A stretch of DNA of 64,000 nucleotides, taken from assembly GCA_951406725.2 (NCBI GenBank), contig OX597842.1:31434001-31498000 (forward strand), written 5' to 3'. Of the stretch, positions 38,776 to 53,242 are shown one piece after another; position 1 is the first letter of the stretch, and each line of letters begins with the position of its first letter. The notes beneath the pieces were generated by a model. It ran no database searches and was not told where the DNA came from. It was given only the letters and a program-made list of their open reading frames with translations. A program made the position numbers and the translations under genes. The stretch comes from Octopus vulgaris. Its lineage: Eukaryota.

Positions 38776-39397
38776 AATGAAAGAATGGAGTCGAACGAAG
38801 ATGTTAACAAAATTCCTGATATATATATGTATATATAAATGTATGTATGTATATTTACAAATATATATAATTTATATATATACATACACGTATGTATGTA
38901 TATGTATGTATATATATATAATATGGATATTTACCAATGTATGTATGTATATATATATTATTTTGCATATAATTTTACATATACATACACACATACATGT
39001 GAATACACCTATATTGACATATTTAAATATATATGTATACATATCTATATGTATATAAATGAATGTATGTATATGTGTGTATATATACGTTAAGACAGAT
39101 AGAGAAACAGATAGTTAAATAAATGAAAATCATGCAAGATGATTAGAAATGAAACAAGGGACAAACGGACAGTTGAATAATACATAAATTCAGACAAGAG
39201 AAAGCACGGGACTGAAATAGCATAGAAATATAAAGTCAGGGAAACATAGGTCAAAGCAGTGTACACTTGAGATGAATATACAAAAGAATGAGAAGAGAAT
39301 GAAGCAGTTTGGGAGATAAGCTTTATCGAAGTGAAGGGAAAGGATTAAGAGAGGTAAGAGGAAAAAATATATGTGATGCCAAATTTGTTATATTACA

Positions 39398-39962
39398 GGC
39401 ACGTGGCTCAGTGGTTAGAGCGTCAAGCTTACGATCGTGAGGTTGTGAGATCGAATCCCGGACCGGGCTGCGTGTTGTGTTCTTGAGCAAGACACTTTAT
39501 TTCACGTTGCCCCAGTTCACTCAGCTGTAGAAATGAGTTGCGACGTCACAGGTGCCAAGCTGTATCGGCCCCTTTGCCTTTCCCTTGGATAACACTGGTG
39601 GCGTGGAGAGGGGAAGCCGGTATGCATGGGCGACTGCTGGTCTTCCATAAAACAACCTTGCCCAGACTTGGTGGTTGTGGTGGTGGTGGTGGTAGTTGTG
39701 GTTGTGGTGGTTGTGGTGGTAGTGGTGGTTGTGGTAGTGGTGGTTGTGGTGGTGGTGGTGGTGGTGGTTGTGGTGGTTGTGGTAGTGGTGGTGATGGTGG
39801 TGGTGGTTGTTGTGGTGGTGGTGATGGTGGTGGTTGTGGTGGTAGCAAAGGTAGCAGTGGTGATGGTGGTTGTGGTAGTGGTGGTGGTGATGGTGGTGGA
39901 GGTGCCTCAGAGGGTAACTGTCTAGGTGCAAACCCATGGTCAGTGTCTGACCGAAGGGGGTC
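39398..39962 (+). mobile_element. tRNA-derived SINE (family E) containing a (GGT)n expansion
   Basis: Head GGCACGTGGCTCAGTGGTTAGAGCG...GATCGAATCCC, then TTCTTGAGCAAGACACTT; GGT tract 39670-39903; relative at 62190-62320(-). Confidence 0.75.
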
Positions 39963-40362
39963 ACACAACCACATAGCAGATCTGTGTGTATGTGAATCTA
40001 TTTTTTGGATTTTACTCAAAGGATATTGGAATATTACGCATATTTTACCATTATGCTTATAAAACGGATTTACGAATACAATAAACATACATGTCTTACA
40101 TCTGTTTTCTTTCCATATATTTATTTACACATATTACTATGTATATATTGAAATGTATACATGTGTGTGTGTATTTCTATATATATACACGTATATATAT
40201 ATATATATGTGTGTGTGTACATATATATTCATACATATATGCATTTATATTTATACATACACCTATATACATACATATATATGTATATGTATATACATAT
40301 AAATATATAAACATATTTATACATACATACATTTATATATATATGCATTTATATATATATGC

Positions 40363-40397
<35 letters not shown>

Positions 40398-40559
40398 CAC
40401 ATATACATGCACATGCACACACCAACCCTTGTAGTTGCTTCCATCTTTGAGCTCCGCCCCTCCTGGGACAACACCTTTAACGAGTTTTAATCAATTATGT
40501 CCCTGTCACAGCTTTTGCCTTGGCTGATTTTTATCAATACCGGAGAAGAACGATAACAC

Positions 40560-41015
40560 AGCCACCACCAGCACCACAATCACCACCACCACAACCACTA
40601 TCACCACCACAACCACCACCACCACCACCATCACTACAACCACACACCATCACCATCACCACCACCATTACCACCACCACAACCACCACCACCACAGCCA
40701 CGACCACCACCACCACCACCACTACCACCACCACCAACCACCACCAACCACCACAACCACCACCATCACCACCAACACAACAACCACCACCACCACAAGC
40801 ATTACCACCACCAGCACCACCACAACCACCACCACCACCACCACCACCACCACCACCACCACCACCACCACCACCACCACCACAACCGCCACCACCATCA
40901 CCACTGCTACCTTTGCTATCATCACAAATACAATGGCCATCACCATCATCATCATCACCACCACCATCACTATCACCATCATCATCACTATCACCCCCCC
41001 ACCACCACCACCACC
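40560..41015. repeat. (ACC)n tract
   Basis: Trinucleotide repeat. Confidence 0.95.
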
Positions 41016-41219
41016 TGACCCCTTCACTAACCCCTTCTTCAACTGACAGCAGGAAGTTAATTTTAATATCTTAGACTAAAAATAAAACTGATATTTAATT
41101 TCATAATCTCTCGCAGAACCTGACAATGTATGTATTCACTGATGTATATTATAGCCATGGGTTTGTATGGGGGGGGGGGGGTGATATTTCTGAATGGCAC
41201 AGGTGGAGGAAGTACCTTG

Positions 41220-41350
41220 CCTCCCAACCACATGGTTCCAGGTTCTGTCCCACTGTGTGGCATCTTGGGCAAGTGTCTTCTACTATAGCCTCAGATTGAC
41301 CAAAACCATTTGAGTGGATTTGGTAGATGGAAACTGAAAGAAGCCTGTCG

Positions 41351-41389
<39 letters not shown>

Positions 41390-41612
41390 GTATGTGTAAG
41401 TGTTTGTGTGTCTGTGTTTGTCCCCCTAGCATTGCTTGACAACTGATGCTGGTGTGTTTATGTCCCCGTCACTTAGCGGTTCGGCAAAAAGAGACCAATA
41501 GAATAAGTACTGGGCTAACAAAAGAATAAGTCCCGGGGTCGATTTGCTCGACTAAAAGGCGGTGCTCCAGCATGGTCGCAGTCAAATGACTGAAACAAGT
41601 AAAAGAGTAAAA
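41220..41612 (+). mobile_element. SINE family A
   Basis: Homology to family A. Confidence 0.88.
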
Positions 41613-41771
41613 AAGAGAAAAAGAAAGAGGGTATTGAAATAAATAGAGAGATAGATAGATACATGCATACATAATGGGCTTCTTTCAGTTTCCTTCAGTG
41701 CCACACAGTGGGACTGAACCCAAAACTATGTGGTTAGGAAGCAAGCTTCTTACCACACAGCCACTCCTGCA

Positions 41772-41802
<31 letters not shown>

Positions 41803-41804
<2 letters not shown>

Positions 41805-42068
41805 TCTTTACTCTTTTACTTGTTTCAGTCATTTGACTGCGGCCATACTGGAGCACCGCCTTTAGTCGAGCAAATCGACCCCGGGACTTATTCTTTGTAA
41901 GCCCAGTACTTATTCTTTCAGTTTCTGTCTACCAAATCCACTCACAAGGCATTGGTCGGCCCAGGGCTATAGCAGAAGACACTTGCCCAAGATGCCATGC
42001 AGTGGGACTGAACCCGGAACCATGTGGTTGGTTAGCAAGCTACTTACCACACAGTCACTCCTGCGCCT
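41803..42068 (-). mobile_element. SINE family A with internal deletion
   Basis: Central part deleted at TTATTCT|TTCAGTTTC. Confidence 0.85.
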
Positions 42069-42789
42069 ATGTGTATATGTGTGTGTGTGTGTGCTAATTG
42101 GTGTTTCGTTCTCTTGGAATCACATGATTGTTGTAAAGGAGCCTCACTGTCGTACAAGCAGTGTTCCTTATTTCCAATTTTCTATGAAAAATATTGTCTG
42201 GCTTGGGGAGAAAAATTAACCTCCCTTGGAAGCAGGTGGGGGTTGGAGACAGGAAGAGCACCCAGCCACAGAAAAATATACCTCAATGAACTCTGTCTGA
42301 CCTGTGCAACGCTAAAGAGAGTAGATGATAAAACACATGGTGATGATGATGATGATGATGGTTATGACGATGATGGTGATGATGATGATGATGGTTATGA
42401 CGATGATGGTGATGATGATGGTGATAACGATGATGATGTTGATGGTGATGATTTCATCATCTATTCACATGAGTATTATCTGCAAAATCATGAAATTCAC
42501 ACACACACACACACACACACATAATAATTGTAGATTTTATTTTATGTATCTCCCAAGCTTACCTATTTACCTGTGTGTGTGTGTGTCTGTGTGTGTCTTT
42601 GTATGTATGTATATATAGTCAGACACATAAAGGGAAGGATAGACAGGTATATATATGTTTGTGCATGTATTTATATATTCACATACATACATATATTTAT
42701 ATATATATACATATGTATATGCATATGTATATGCATATGTATAGACATATATATGCGTAGATATATATGTGTGTGTGTGTATGTATATG

Positions 42790-42844
<55 letters not shown>

Positions 42845-43174
42845 TAAGAGGTATATACATATATACACACACACATATATGTATATAGATAATTCCCTGT
42901 CTCTCTCTGTGTCTTGTCGTCTGTCTGTGCATCCAACACAATATAAGAACTGTCCATCTTCCACAGACTCAGGAAATTAAACCTCCATCACAGCTCCTTC
43001 CCCCCACCGCTGCCCCCACCCCACCCGCAACCCTTCCACATCTAATCCAACAACACCAACTTATTCCCCCTCCCCTTCGAACCACTCTTTGCACTTTGAC
43101 CCCTTATTATCTCCCTTGCATTTCCGGCTTCCTTCACTTTCCTTTTGCCCTACACATGTGTCTCTGTCTACACA

Positions 43175-43245
<71 letters not shown>

Positions 43246-43369
43246 CGTTTGTATGTATGTATGATCATATATATGTAGGTTTAAAAGAAAAAATGTGTTA
43301 GTTTTGTCTTCTATATTTATATGAACTGTCTTTGTTTTTTTTTGCTAAATTTGTACAGTCAGTGAACAA

Positions 43370-43531
43370 GGCGCAGGAGTGGCTGTGTGGTAAGTAGCTT
43401 GTGTACCAACCACATGGTTCCGGGTTCAGTCCCACTGTGTGGCATCTTGGGCAAGTGTCTTCTACTATAGCCTTGGGCCGACCAAAGCCTTGTGAGTGGA
43501 TTTGGTAGACGGAAACTGAAAGAAGCCCGTC

Positions 43532-43569
<38 letters not shown>

Positions 43570-43735
43570 AAATATAAGGGAATAAATCCAAACTTACAGG
43601 GAAAAATCATTATCTTTTATTAAACTTTTAATACTTTTGATATATATTTAAAATAATATAAATTAATTAATTTTATGTATTGGCTTAAGTTTTTCATTGT
43701 TTGATTTGCCTAGTAGTGGTTTTATCTCTAATTTA

Positions 43736-43776
<41 letters not shown>

Positions 43777-43996
43777 GCGTGTGTGTGTATGTTTGTGTGT
43801 CTGTGTTTGTCCCCCTAGCATTGCTTGACAACCGATGGTGGTGTGTTTATGTCCCCGTTACTTAGCGGTTCGGCAAAAGAGACCGATAGAATAAGTACTG
43901 GGCTTACAAAAGAATAAGTCCCGGGGTCGATTTGCTCAACTAAAGGCGGTGCTCCAGCATGGCCACAGTCAAATGACTGAAACAAGTAAAAGAGTA
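43370..43996 (+). mobile_element. SINE family A, full length, with AT-rich insert in central TA tract
   Basis: Head GGCGCAGGAGTGGCTGTGTGG; insert 43565-43740 related to 30625-30735. Confidence 0.88.
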
Positions 43997-44570
43997 AGTC
44001 CTGCAGACAAGAGTCATGCTGCACTTTGGGGCTGTAAACACAAGAAACAGCAAAATATTGCTGATGAAATTCCCTAAATCCTAAGAAAATTTGAAATACT
44101 GCAACCTCAAAGTCAAACTTGATAACGAGCAACAGTCCAAAATATAAAGAAGGACAAACACTTTAAGAAACGTTTTCTGCTGGAAATAGCAGTCAAATCT
44201 CGTTTTAAATAAATGCAAAATATACTTTTGCAATGAGTAACGACCAAGGATGTAAGACGTAGAGTTAAAGAGAAAATGGCACTTTTGTTTTGCAAGAAAT
44301 AGCAGCCAAATCTAGATGATAAAGATAGAGGCAGACTTAGGGAGAATAATGTCTATCTGGTAATCTGTTTGCTAGAAATAGCAGTCAGATCTCCTTCTTA
44401 ATAAATGTTTTAATATTTTTCATGTCTTCTCCAGTATTTTGACATTTTCCATCTTTACATTGCTTTAATCCTTGTTATTTCGATAGAGTTTCCTGCACAC
44501 ACACACCCACACATACACACACCACACACACACACACACACGCACGCACGCACACACACGCACGCACACA

Positions 44571-44601
<31 letters not shown>

Positions 44602-44996
44602 TATGTATAGAAATATGTATGTACATATATGCATACATTATATACAGACAAACACACACACACATTCATACGTGTACATACATACATCTGCATACGTACA
44701 TACACACATGCAAGCACACACAAATATACACGAACCTTCATATGTATAGAAATACGTATATACATACATGTGTACATACATACACATTCAAACACACAAG
44801 TACACACGGACAGACACATAAGATGCCTTTCATTTTATTTACTTTCATTTTCTTTATTTAATCTCCCCCCTCCCGTCACGTGTATTTATTTTTCCACGTA
44901 AAAAGAGTCAATGGAGGAGAGATTTCTAAAGGCCTGGCTACGTGTCTGTCTGTGTGTGTGTTTGTGTGTGTGTGTGCATATATATACATACATGTG

Positions 44997-45029
<33 letters not shown>

Positions 45030-45068
45030 ATATATATACATATATATGTATGTATATATATATGTATG

Positions 45069-45101
<33 letters not shown>

Positions 45102-45236
45102 GTGCACACATATATATATACACGTACACTCACACATATGCATACATATATGTTTAGGCAGTATATAAATACATACATATATATATATACATATATACAT
45201 ACATACATACATACATACACACACACATACATACAA

Positions 45237-45267
<31 letters not shown>

Positions 45268-45725
45268 TATATATGGGTATATGTATGTGAATATATATTT
45301 CTGATCAATTATAATACAAACACTACTACTAATACTACTACTATTTTGTGTTTAATACTATTTTATTGTATCACACACACACACACACACACACCTCCAC
45401 ATTGGAAGTGTTTGTTCCACAGTTGTCTATCGGTAACTGTTATTATTTCTTGACTAACGGAAAGAAATGGACGAATTTTTTTCAAACATCAGATACAATA
45501 CGTGCGTGTGTGTGTGTGTGTGTGTGTGTGGGCATGGATGTGTGTACCTATCTGTCTGTATGTGTATATATATGTATGTATATGTGTCAGTGTGTGTGTG
45601 TGTGAGTGCGTGCATATGTATGCATATTTATACACACATGTAAGATGTACGAGGGTACATATGTGTGTATAAATATATGTGTGTGCATGTATATATATAT
45701 ATATGTATATGTGTGTATATATATA

Positions 45726-45782
<57 letters not shown>

Positions 45783-45823
45783 GTATATATGTATATATAT
45801 ATATGTATATATATATGTATATA

Positions 45824-45866
<43 letters not shown>

Positions 45867-46167
45867 GTATGTATATGTGTATATATATATGTATGTATGT
45901 ATGTATGTATATGTGTATATATATATATATGTATGTATGTATATGTGTATATATATATATATGGATGCATATATAAATATGTGTATATGTATATATATAC
46001 CCACATATATGTGTGTGTGTAAGAATGTATATGTATGTATATATGTAAATGTATGCAAATAAGTGTATGTATATGTATGGATACATATAAGCATTTATGC
46101 GTATATATGTCTGTATATATATATATATGTATATATATGTATATATATATATATGTATATATATATG

Positions 46168-46229
<62 letters not shown>

Positions 46230-46667
46230 CATGTATATGTGTGTGTGTGTCCATTTATGTATATGTATATTTGTATATTTGTATATATATATATATATAT
46301 GTCTGTGTGTGTGTGTGTGTTTGTAGATATATGCCTCTATGTATGTAGGTGTAGATATGTGTGTGTGTGTGATATGTGTGTGTGAATGTGTGTTAACTTC
46401 TGAATTCCATTGCACACATAATCCTCAAAAGTTGCATCTTCTTGCTTCATTTAATCAAAACAAATTATTTACCGAAAGTGCTCAAAAACTAGTTGACATT
46501 TAAAAAGCGGGGCTATGTCCTGCATCTACATGAAAGAAGTGAAAGGGAAGAATGCTGTCGACTCCCTCAATATAGCAATATGCCTCTATTTACATTGTAT
46601 TAACCTTGTTATAACCATATTTCTCTTCAAATCAGTATGTATTTACAGAAATGTACTCCCTTTACAT

Positions 46668-46856
46668 AGTCATTTGACTATGGCCATGCTGGAGCACCGC
46701 CTTTAGTCGATCAAATAGACCCCGGGACTTATTCTTTTTAAGCCTAGTACTTATTCTATCAGTCTCTTTTGCCGAACTGCTAAGTTACGGGGACGTGAAC
46801 ACACCAGCATCGGTTGTCAAGCGATGTTGGGGGGACAAACACAGACACACAAACAT

Positions 46857-46902
<46 letters not shown>

Positions 46903-47051
46903 GACAGGCTTCTTTCAATTTCCACTCACATGGCTTTGGTCAGCCTGAGACTATAGTAGAAGACACTTGCCCAAGGTGCCACGCAGTGGGACTGAACCCG
47001 GAGCCATGAGGTTGGTAAGCAAACTATTTACCACACAGCCACTCCTGCGCC
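46668..47051 (-). mobile_element. SINE family A
   Basis: Homology to family A. Confidence 0.88.
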
Positions 47052-47289
47052 TGTGTGTATATTTACGTTGCATTAACCTTCCAGAACATTCCAATGTTTT
47101 TGTGGCATAGAAACAATTTCCTAGGAATTCCACATGTGAGTCTGTCTACATATTTGTGTGCATGTACTAGATATGCTGCATGGCTGCAGCACCCCTAACG
47201 GCCCCCAGGGGATTAAGGGACTTGTCAAAATATCCTCAAGTAATAATGCCAAGCCTTTTGCTTGTCCATCTTCCATTTTTTATCTGTTT

Positions 47290-47722
47290 TGGCTGTGTGG
47301 TAAGTAGCTTGCTTACCAACCCACATGGTTCCGGGTTCAGTCCCACTGCGTGGCATCTTGGGCAAGTGTCTTCTGCTATAGCCTCGGGCCGACCAATGCC
47401 TTGTGAGTGTATTTGGTAGACGGAAACTGAAAGAAGCCTGTCGTATATATGTATATATAAATATATGTATGTGTGTGTATATGTTTGTGTGTCTGTGTTT
47501 GTCCTCCCACCATCGCTTGACAACCGATGCTGGTGTGTTTATGTCCGCGTTACTTAGCGGTTCGGCAAAAGAGGCCAATAGAATAAGTACTGGCAAAAGA
47601 GGCCAATAGAATAAGTACTGGGCTTACAAAAGAATAAGTCCCGGGGTCGATTTGCTCGACTAAAGGTGGTGCTGCAGCATGGCCGCAGTCAAATGACTGA
47701 AGCAAGTAAAAGAGTAAAAGAG
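47290..47722 (+). mobile_element. SINE family A
   Basis: Homology; 29-bp internal duplication GGCAAAAGAGGCCAATAGAATAAGTACT. Confidence 0.9.
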
Positions 47723-47727
47723 ATATC

Positions 47728-47887
47728 TATTTCTTTATCACCCACATGGGGGCTAAACATAAATGTGACAAAAAAAGGACAGACAAGGGATTAAGTTGAT
47801 TACACTGACCCCAGTGCGTAACTGGTGCTTAGTTAATCGACCCCCGAAAGGATGAAAGGCAAAGTCGACCTCTGCGGAATTTGAACG
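47728..47887 (-). mobile_element. SINE family D fragment
   Basis: Homology to 33826-33980. Confidence 0.75.
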
Positions 47888-48970
47888 TATGAGTGTACAT
47901 GTGTAGCTCTGTTCCTCTCCCTTGTTCATTCTCCCTCTCTCTTCCTCTATCACTCTCTCTCTCTCTGCCCAGGTAACCATGTCTCTCTTCTATAGCAGGA
48001 CACCCGTTCCTGCCCCTCTGTCTCTCTGTTACACTCTAACCTTTCATCATCTGACACAAGATCCCCTCCCCAAATGCCGCCTCCCCTCTCACAATTCCTT
48101 GTCTTGCAAAGTTACTCGGTGACCCTTCCAGGGCTGGTGCCACTTAAAAAGCACCCAGCCTGCACTGTAGCATGGCTGGCATTTGGAAGGGCATCCAGCT
48201 GTAAAAGTAGCTATTGTAGAAGACACTTGCCCAAGGTGCCATGCAGTGGGACTGAACCTGGAACCATGTGGTTGGGAAGCAAGGTTCTTACCACACAGCC
48301 ACACTTAGAAACCAGGGGGTTGGGATTTCAAAGGGGGAAGTTCAATAGTTTATTGAAAAGAAAGAGGATTTTCAGGTGTGTTGAAGGTAGAGGTGGGGGG
48401 GGGGGGGGTAAAAGTTGACAAAGAAAAAAAAAAAAATGAGTTGGGATGGTTCCAGAAATCATTAACTTCAAACAGCATGTATCTGAGTTCAATCCCTGTC
48501 ATCCCTAATTTTGATTATTTTTAGCAAGGGTCGAGGGGGTGGGATGGGGAATACGATGAGGATTAGGGTGATTTCTTGGCACAGATGCAAAATGTTAGAT
48601 GAATAGCTTTGTGTGTGTGTGTGTGTGTGTGTGTCGCCAACCCTCCTCCTCCTCCTGCCCCCCATTCAGTGTTTGACCTCTCTTCTCCCATTTGACCCAG
48701 CTCTGTCAAAACATAAATATTGATCTCTCATAAGAATTATGGATGAAAAGAAAATTTACATAATTTATTTTGGCAGCTATGTGTGTGTGTGTATTCATGT
48801 ATGTGTGTGTATGTGTGTGTGTGTGTGTGTGTATTCATGTATGTGTATATGAAAATGTGTAGTATAAAATATGGATTCAGAAAATTGTATGGTTATCATA
48901 GAAAGCTCTTCCAACGGACTCAGCTATCAGATCCCAAAGCAATCCAGTGGAAAGAAATGTAATGACCTAT

Positions 48971-49580
48971 TACTCTTTTACTTGTTTCAGTCATATTTGA
49001 CTGTGGACATGCTGGAGCACAGCCTTTAATCAAGCAAATCGACCCCAGGACTTATTCTTTGTCAGCTTAGTACTTATTCTATCGGTCTCTTTTTGCCGAA
49101 CCACTAAGTAACGGGGACATAAACACACCAGCATCGGTTGTCAAGCGATGTTGGGGGGACAAACACAGACACACAAATATATACACATCATCATCATCAT
49201 CATCATCCGTTTTCCATGCTAGCATGGGTTGGACGGTTCAACTGGGGTCTGGGGAGCCCGAAGGCTGCGCCAGGCCCAGTCTGATCTGGCAGTGTTTCTA
49301 CAACTGGATGCCCTTCCTAATGCCAACCACTCCGAGAGTGTAGTGCATGCTTTTTACATGCCACCGGCACAGGTGCCAGACGAGGCTGGCAAACGGCCAC
49401 GATCGGTTGGTGCTTTTTACGTGCCACGGGGGCCAGACGAGGCTGGCAACTACATATATATATATACACACACATATATATGATGGGCTTCTCTCAGATT
49501 CCGTCTACCAAATCCAGTCCCCTCATAAGGCTTTGGTCGGGCCAAGGCTATAGTAGAAGACACTTGCCCAAGGTGCCATG
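48971..49580 (-). mobile_element. SINE family A interrupted by family B (49187-49450)
   Basis: A tail 48971-49180, B insert in the central microsatellite, A core 49484-49580. Confidence 0.8.
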
Positions 49581-49743
49581 CATGTGTATATGTATGTATG
49601 TATTAATATATATAAATGTAGGGATAGGCAACTTAGACAAGTGAGTATATAGAGTATATTAAATACAAAAAATGTATAAATGTTTTACATACAAAAAAGG
49701 TCCGACTTTCACAGAATAGAAATGATATTGAGAATTAAAGGGG

Positions 49744-49856
49744 TTACAAATCCAACAGTTGTTTCTGGGGACTCAAAGATCTCTTCCCTGATGAAATCAA
49801 TCTACAAACATAATTATAGACCAGTGAGCCTCAAGAAACAGCTGTTGGATTTGTAA
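49744..49856 (+). ncRNA. Hammerhead-like motif in a short inverted repeat
   Basis: TCC-CTGATGA-(40 nt)-GAAA-CAGCTG-TT-GGA at 49785-49849; IR TTACAAATCCAACAGTTGTTTCT / AGAAACAGCTGTTGGATTTGTAA; stem II poorly paired. Confidence 0.45.
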
Positions 49857-49919
49857 TACTTTTCTTTAACCCCTGACTCTACCACTCTCTTTGGTTTGTG
49901 TTCATACCATTACTATTAT

Positions 49920-50323
49920 TACTCTTTTACTCTCTTTTACTTGTTTCAGTCATTTGACTGCGGCCATACTGGAGCACCGCCTTTAATCGAGCAATTCGAC
50001 CCCGGGACTTATTCTTTTGTAAGCCCAGTACTTATTCTATCAGTCTTTTTTGCCGAACCGCTAAGTAACGGGGACATAAACACACCAGCATCGGTTGTCA
50101 AGCAATGCTAGAGGAACAAACACTGACACACAAACACACACGCGCATATATATATATATATATATATACATATATACGACGGGCTTCTTTCAGTTTCCGT
50201 CTACCAAATCCACTCACAAGGCTTTGGTCGGCCCGGGGCTACAGTAGAAGACACTTGCCCAAGATGCCACGCAGCGGGACTGAACCCGGAACCATGTGGT
50301 TGGTTAGCAAGCTACTTACCACA
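49920..50323 (-). mobile_element. SINE family A
   Basis: Homology to family A. Confidence 0.9.
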
Positions 50324-50325
50324 TA

Positions 50326-50702
50326 CACTACCGTCAGAAATTAATTAGCACCCTTGATTTGCTCTTCACTCAAGGTATGTGCTGTCACCTAGTGGCCATA
50401 TCTCGAACTATTGCTTTGTTGCGAGTTCACTGTTGCGCAGAACGATGACGTAACTTTGTTTGCAGAGCAGTTTGAGAGTCTACAGCCTTATGATGTTGAC
50501 ATAGCAGTGCAACAACTTGGAGTGCGGATGCAGACAAATCTTCCTTTGTTTAATAGATATAGGTAGCGCCTCGCAAGGACCGAAATCACACCATACTAAG
50601 TTTTCTCATCGCGTAAGACATTTTGAACAGCTCATAGGTTAATTGATTTAACCTATTTAATGTAGAAATTTGAGAAGTGCTAATTAATTTCTGACGCAAG
50701 TG
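50326..50702. mobile_element. Tc1/mariner-type MITE
   Basis: 26-bp TIRs CACT(AC/TG)CGTCAGAAATTAATTAGCAC, TA on both sides. Confidence 0.88.
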
Positions 50703-51255
50703 TAGCTACATAATAATAATTATCATTATTATTATTATTATCATTATTATTATTGTTATTATTATTATTATTATCATTATTATTATTATTATCATTATTA
50801 TTATTGTTATTGTTACTGTTGTTGTTGTATTTTTATTTGGCCAGAAAAACATTGTTTGCGCAGATGGACAAATAAAAGTTGATAAAAACCTGTTTTAGTG
50901 AGTGAAAAATTTAAGAAAAAATATCCAATAAATGAAATGAAGTTACCCCAGGGGGGCCCTGGCAAGATTTATCTGTTGACTTTCATCTTGGTTCTGTGTA
51001 TATATTTACTTCCAACTCTTTGATTGCATTTTATTTTTATGGAGAGGGGTGGGCGTGGTTGGGTGGGGGGACGGAGTTCGTTTTAAAGAAAAACAAACAC
51101 AGAAAAAAAATATTAGTAAACAGAAATGTTTTTTTATGTAAAATACGATTTTGATTGATGTTGATTGATGTTTGTTGATTGATTGAGTGATTCTGTCTGA
51201 TTCTGTTTGCCGATTGATGTTCTTGTAGCACAGATTGTAGTATTATTGGCTCTCA

Positions 51256-51932
51256 TTGTTGTTTAGCCCAAGGTCAGTCCTGATCCAGCAGAGAGAGACC
51301 CATGCTCCAAATTGTTCCAGCTGTGACCATCCCCTCTTATATTCAGGCATAGTATATCTAGGACTACATTATCTAATGTTTAGTGTAGTAGTTAGTATCA
51401 GTGACTGTTGTTGTTGTCGTTTAGCCCCAGGTCAGTCCTGATCCAGTAGAGAGACCTATGATCAAAGACGTTCCAGCTGTGACCATCCCATCTTTTATTT
51501 AGACATGGTATATCTAGGACTACATTATCTAATGTATAGTATAGGAGTTAGTATTAGTGGCTATAGCTGTTATTGTTTAACCCCAGGTCAGTCCTGATCC
51601 AGACAGAAATATGATCAAAGATGTTTCAGCTGTGACCATCCCATCTTTTATTCAGGCATAGTGTATCTAGGACTACATTATCTAATGTTTCGTATAGTAG
51701 TAAGTATTAGTGGCTGTTGTTGTTTAACCCCAGGTCAGTCCTGATCCAGTAGGGAGACCTATAATCAAAGATATTCCAGATGTGACCATCCCATTTTTTA
51801 TTCAGGCATAGTGTACCTAGGACTACATTATCTAATGTTTAGTATAGTAGTTAGTATTAGTGGCTGTTGTTGTTTAACCCCAGGTCAGTCCTGATCCAGT
51901 AGAGAGACCCATGATCAAAGCTGTTCCACCTG
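51256..51932. repeat. Tandem array of about 150-bp unit (array 3)
   Basis: About 4.5 units, period 147-159 bp. Confidence 0.9.
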
Positions 51933-52084
51933 CTGTCAGGCTCAAGGTGATCCAGAGGTGATCCAGCATTGTTGGGGACGGCTCACATTCAGGAGAGTCT
52001 TGTCTCTTTGAGTCAGAGGGGAGGGCACCAAAGGGAAGCCTTTGGTGATTTGTTGTTGCCTGCTTTCAAGTAAAGAACAACTGT

Positions 52085-52196
52085 GGAGGCACATGGCCTT
52101 GTGGTTAGAGCAGTGGACTCGCGGTTGAGGGATCGCGGGTTCGAATCTCAGACCGGGCAATGTGTGTGTTTATGAGCGAAACACCTAAGCTCCACG

Positions 52197-52235
<39 letters not shown>

Positions 52236-52532
52236 AAGCACATGGCCTAGTATTTAGAGCAATGGACTTGCGGTCGAGGGTTCGAATCTCAGACCGGGTG
52301 ATGTGTGTGTTTATGAGCGAAACACCTAAGCTCCATGCGGCTCTGGCAGAAGGTAATGGTGAACTTCTGCTGACTCTTTCACCACAACTTTCTCTCACTC
52401 TTTCATCCTGCATCTTGCAGCTCACCTGCGATGGACCAGCGTCCCGCCAGGTGGGGAACCTATACGCCAAGAAAACCGGGAAACCGGCCCTTATGAGCCA
52501 GGCATGGCTCGAGAAGGATCAAACAAACAACA
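52085..52532 (+). mobile_element. tRNA-derived SINE with Meta-like domain, preceded by a second head-only copy
   Basis: Heads at 52085 and 52233; CCTGCGATGGACCAGCGTCCCG...AAACCGGGAAACCGG; (AAC)n tail. Confidence 0.8.
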
Positions 52533-52614
52533 AAGAACAACTGGTAACTAAGAACTATCCGAGAGGCCTTCAGAATAATGATGATAATAATAATAGTAAT
52601 AATAATAATAAAAG

Positions 52615-53220
52615 ATGCAGTACCAGGCACTGGCTCTCATGGCTTCTGATCTTAACTGATTGGAAGTGTTATCATGTACACTGTTTTGTCTTGGTATAAA
52701 AAATGGGCTACAGCAAATATTCGGCTCAATACCACAGATTTGCTTGTCAGTTGTTTGACCTTAACCAGTTGAGCATGTCCCTTAGTGGCTGACAATATGT
52801 GCATCTCTGATCACGAGCAGAAGTAGTGGGGGAGCATCATAGCCGTATGTCGAGAGGGATTCTTTGGGGTTTGGATAATTCACCTCTGGAAACATGGGTG
52901 TTTCGTTCAACATCCTTAAACAACCCTTATTCAGGGACCTTTTGAACAGGATGGGCTACTCAACCTGAAGAAAATTCTAACTGGGCCCCACCTGCAAGGT
53001 CATGTGCTGTTTATCTTGATATGAGATCACCATGTCACGCACATATGGTTGTGATGCATGTGCCTGGTGTACCCTTAGCAGATGGGCAGTCATGATGGGT
53101 ACAATGGGCTTCGTATATTTTACCCCAGTGTCATTTTGATGGCATGCACTACTCTCTCACTCAATGATATTGATAATAATAGTAGTAATAATAATAATAA
53201 TGATAATAATAATAATAACA
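52615..53220 (+). mobile_element. Unclassified retroposon-like segment with (AAT)n tail
   Basis: About 550 bp of complex sequence bounded by (AAT)n tracts, no ORF; single copy in this window. Confidence 0.4.
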
Positions 53221-53242
53221 AAAACTAACACAAAAACTAACA

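Noticed and set aside
39398-39470. tRNA-like sequences (also at 99, 52085, 52233)
   Set aside because: SINE heads: no complete cloverleaf or acceptor stem, and they run into repeat bodies
44058-44105. CTGATGA...GAAA hammerhead candidate
   Set aside because: No valid UH site or stem III
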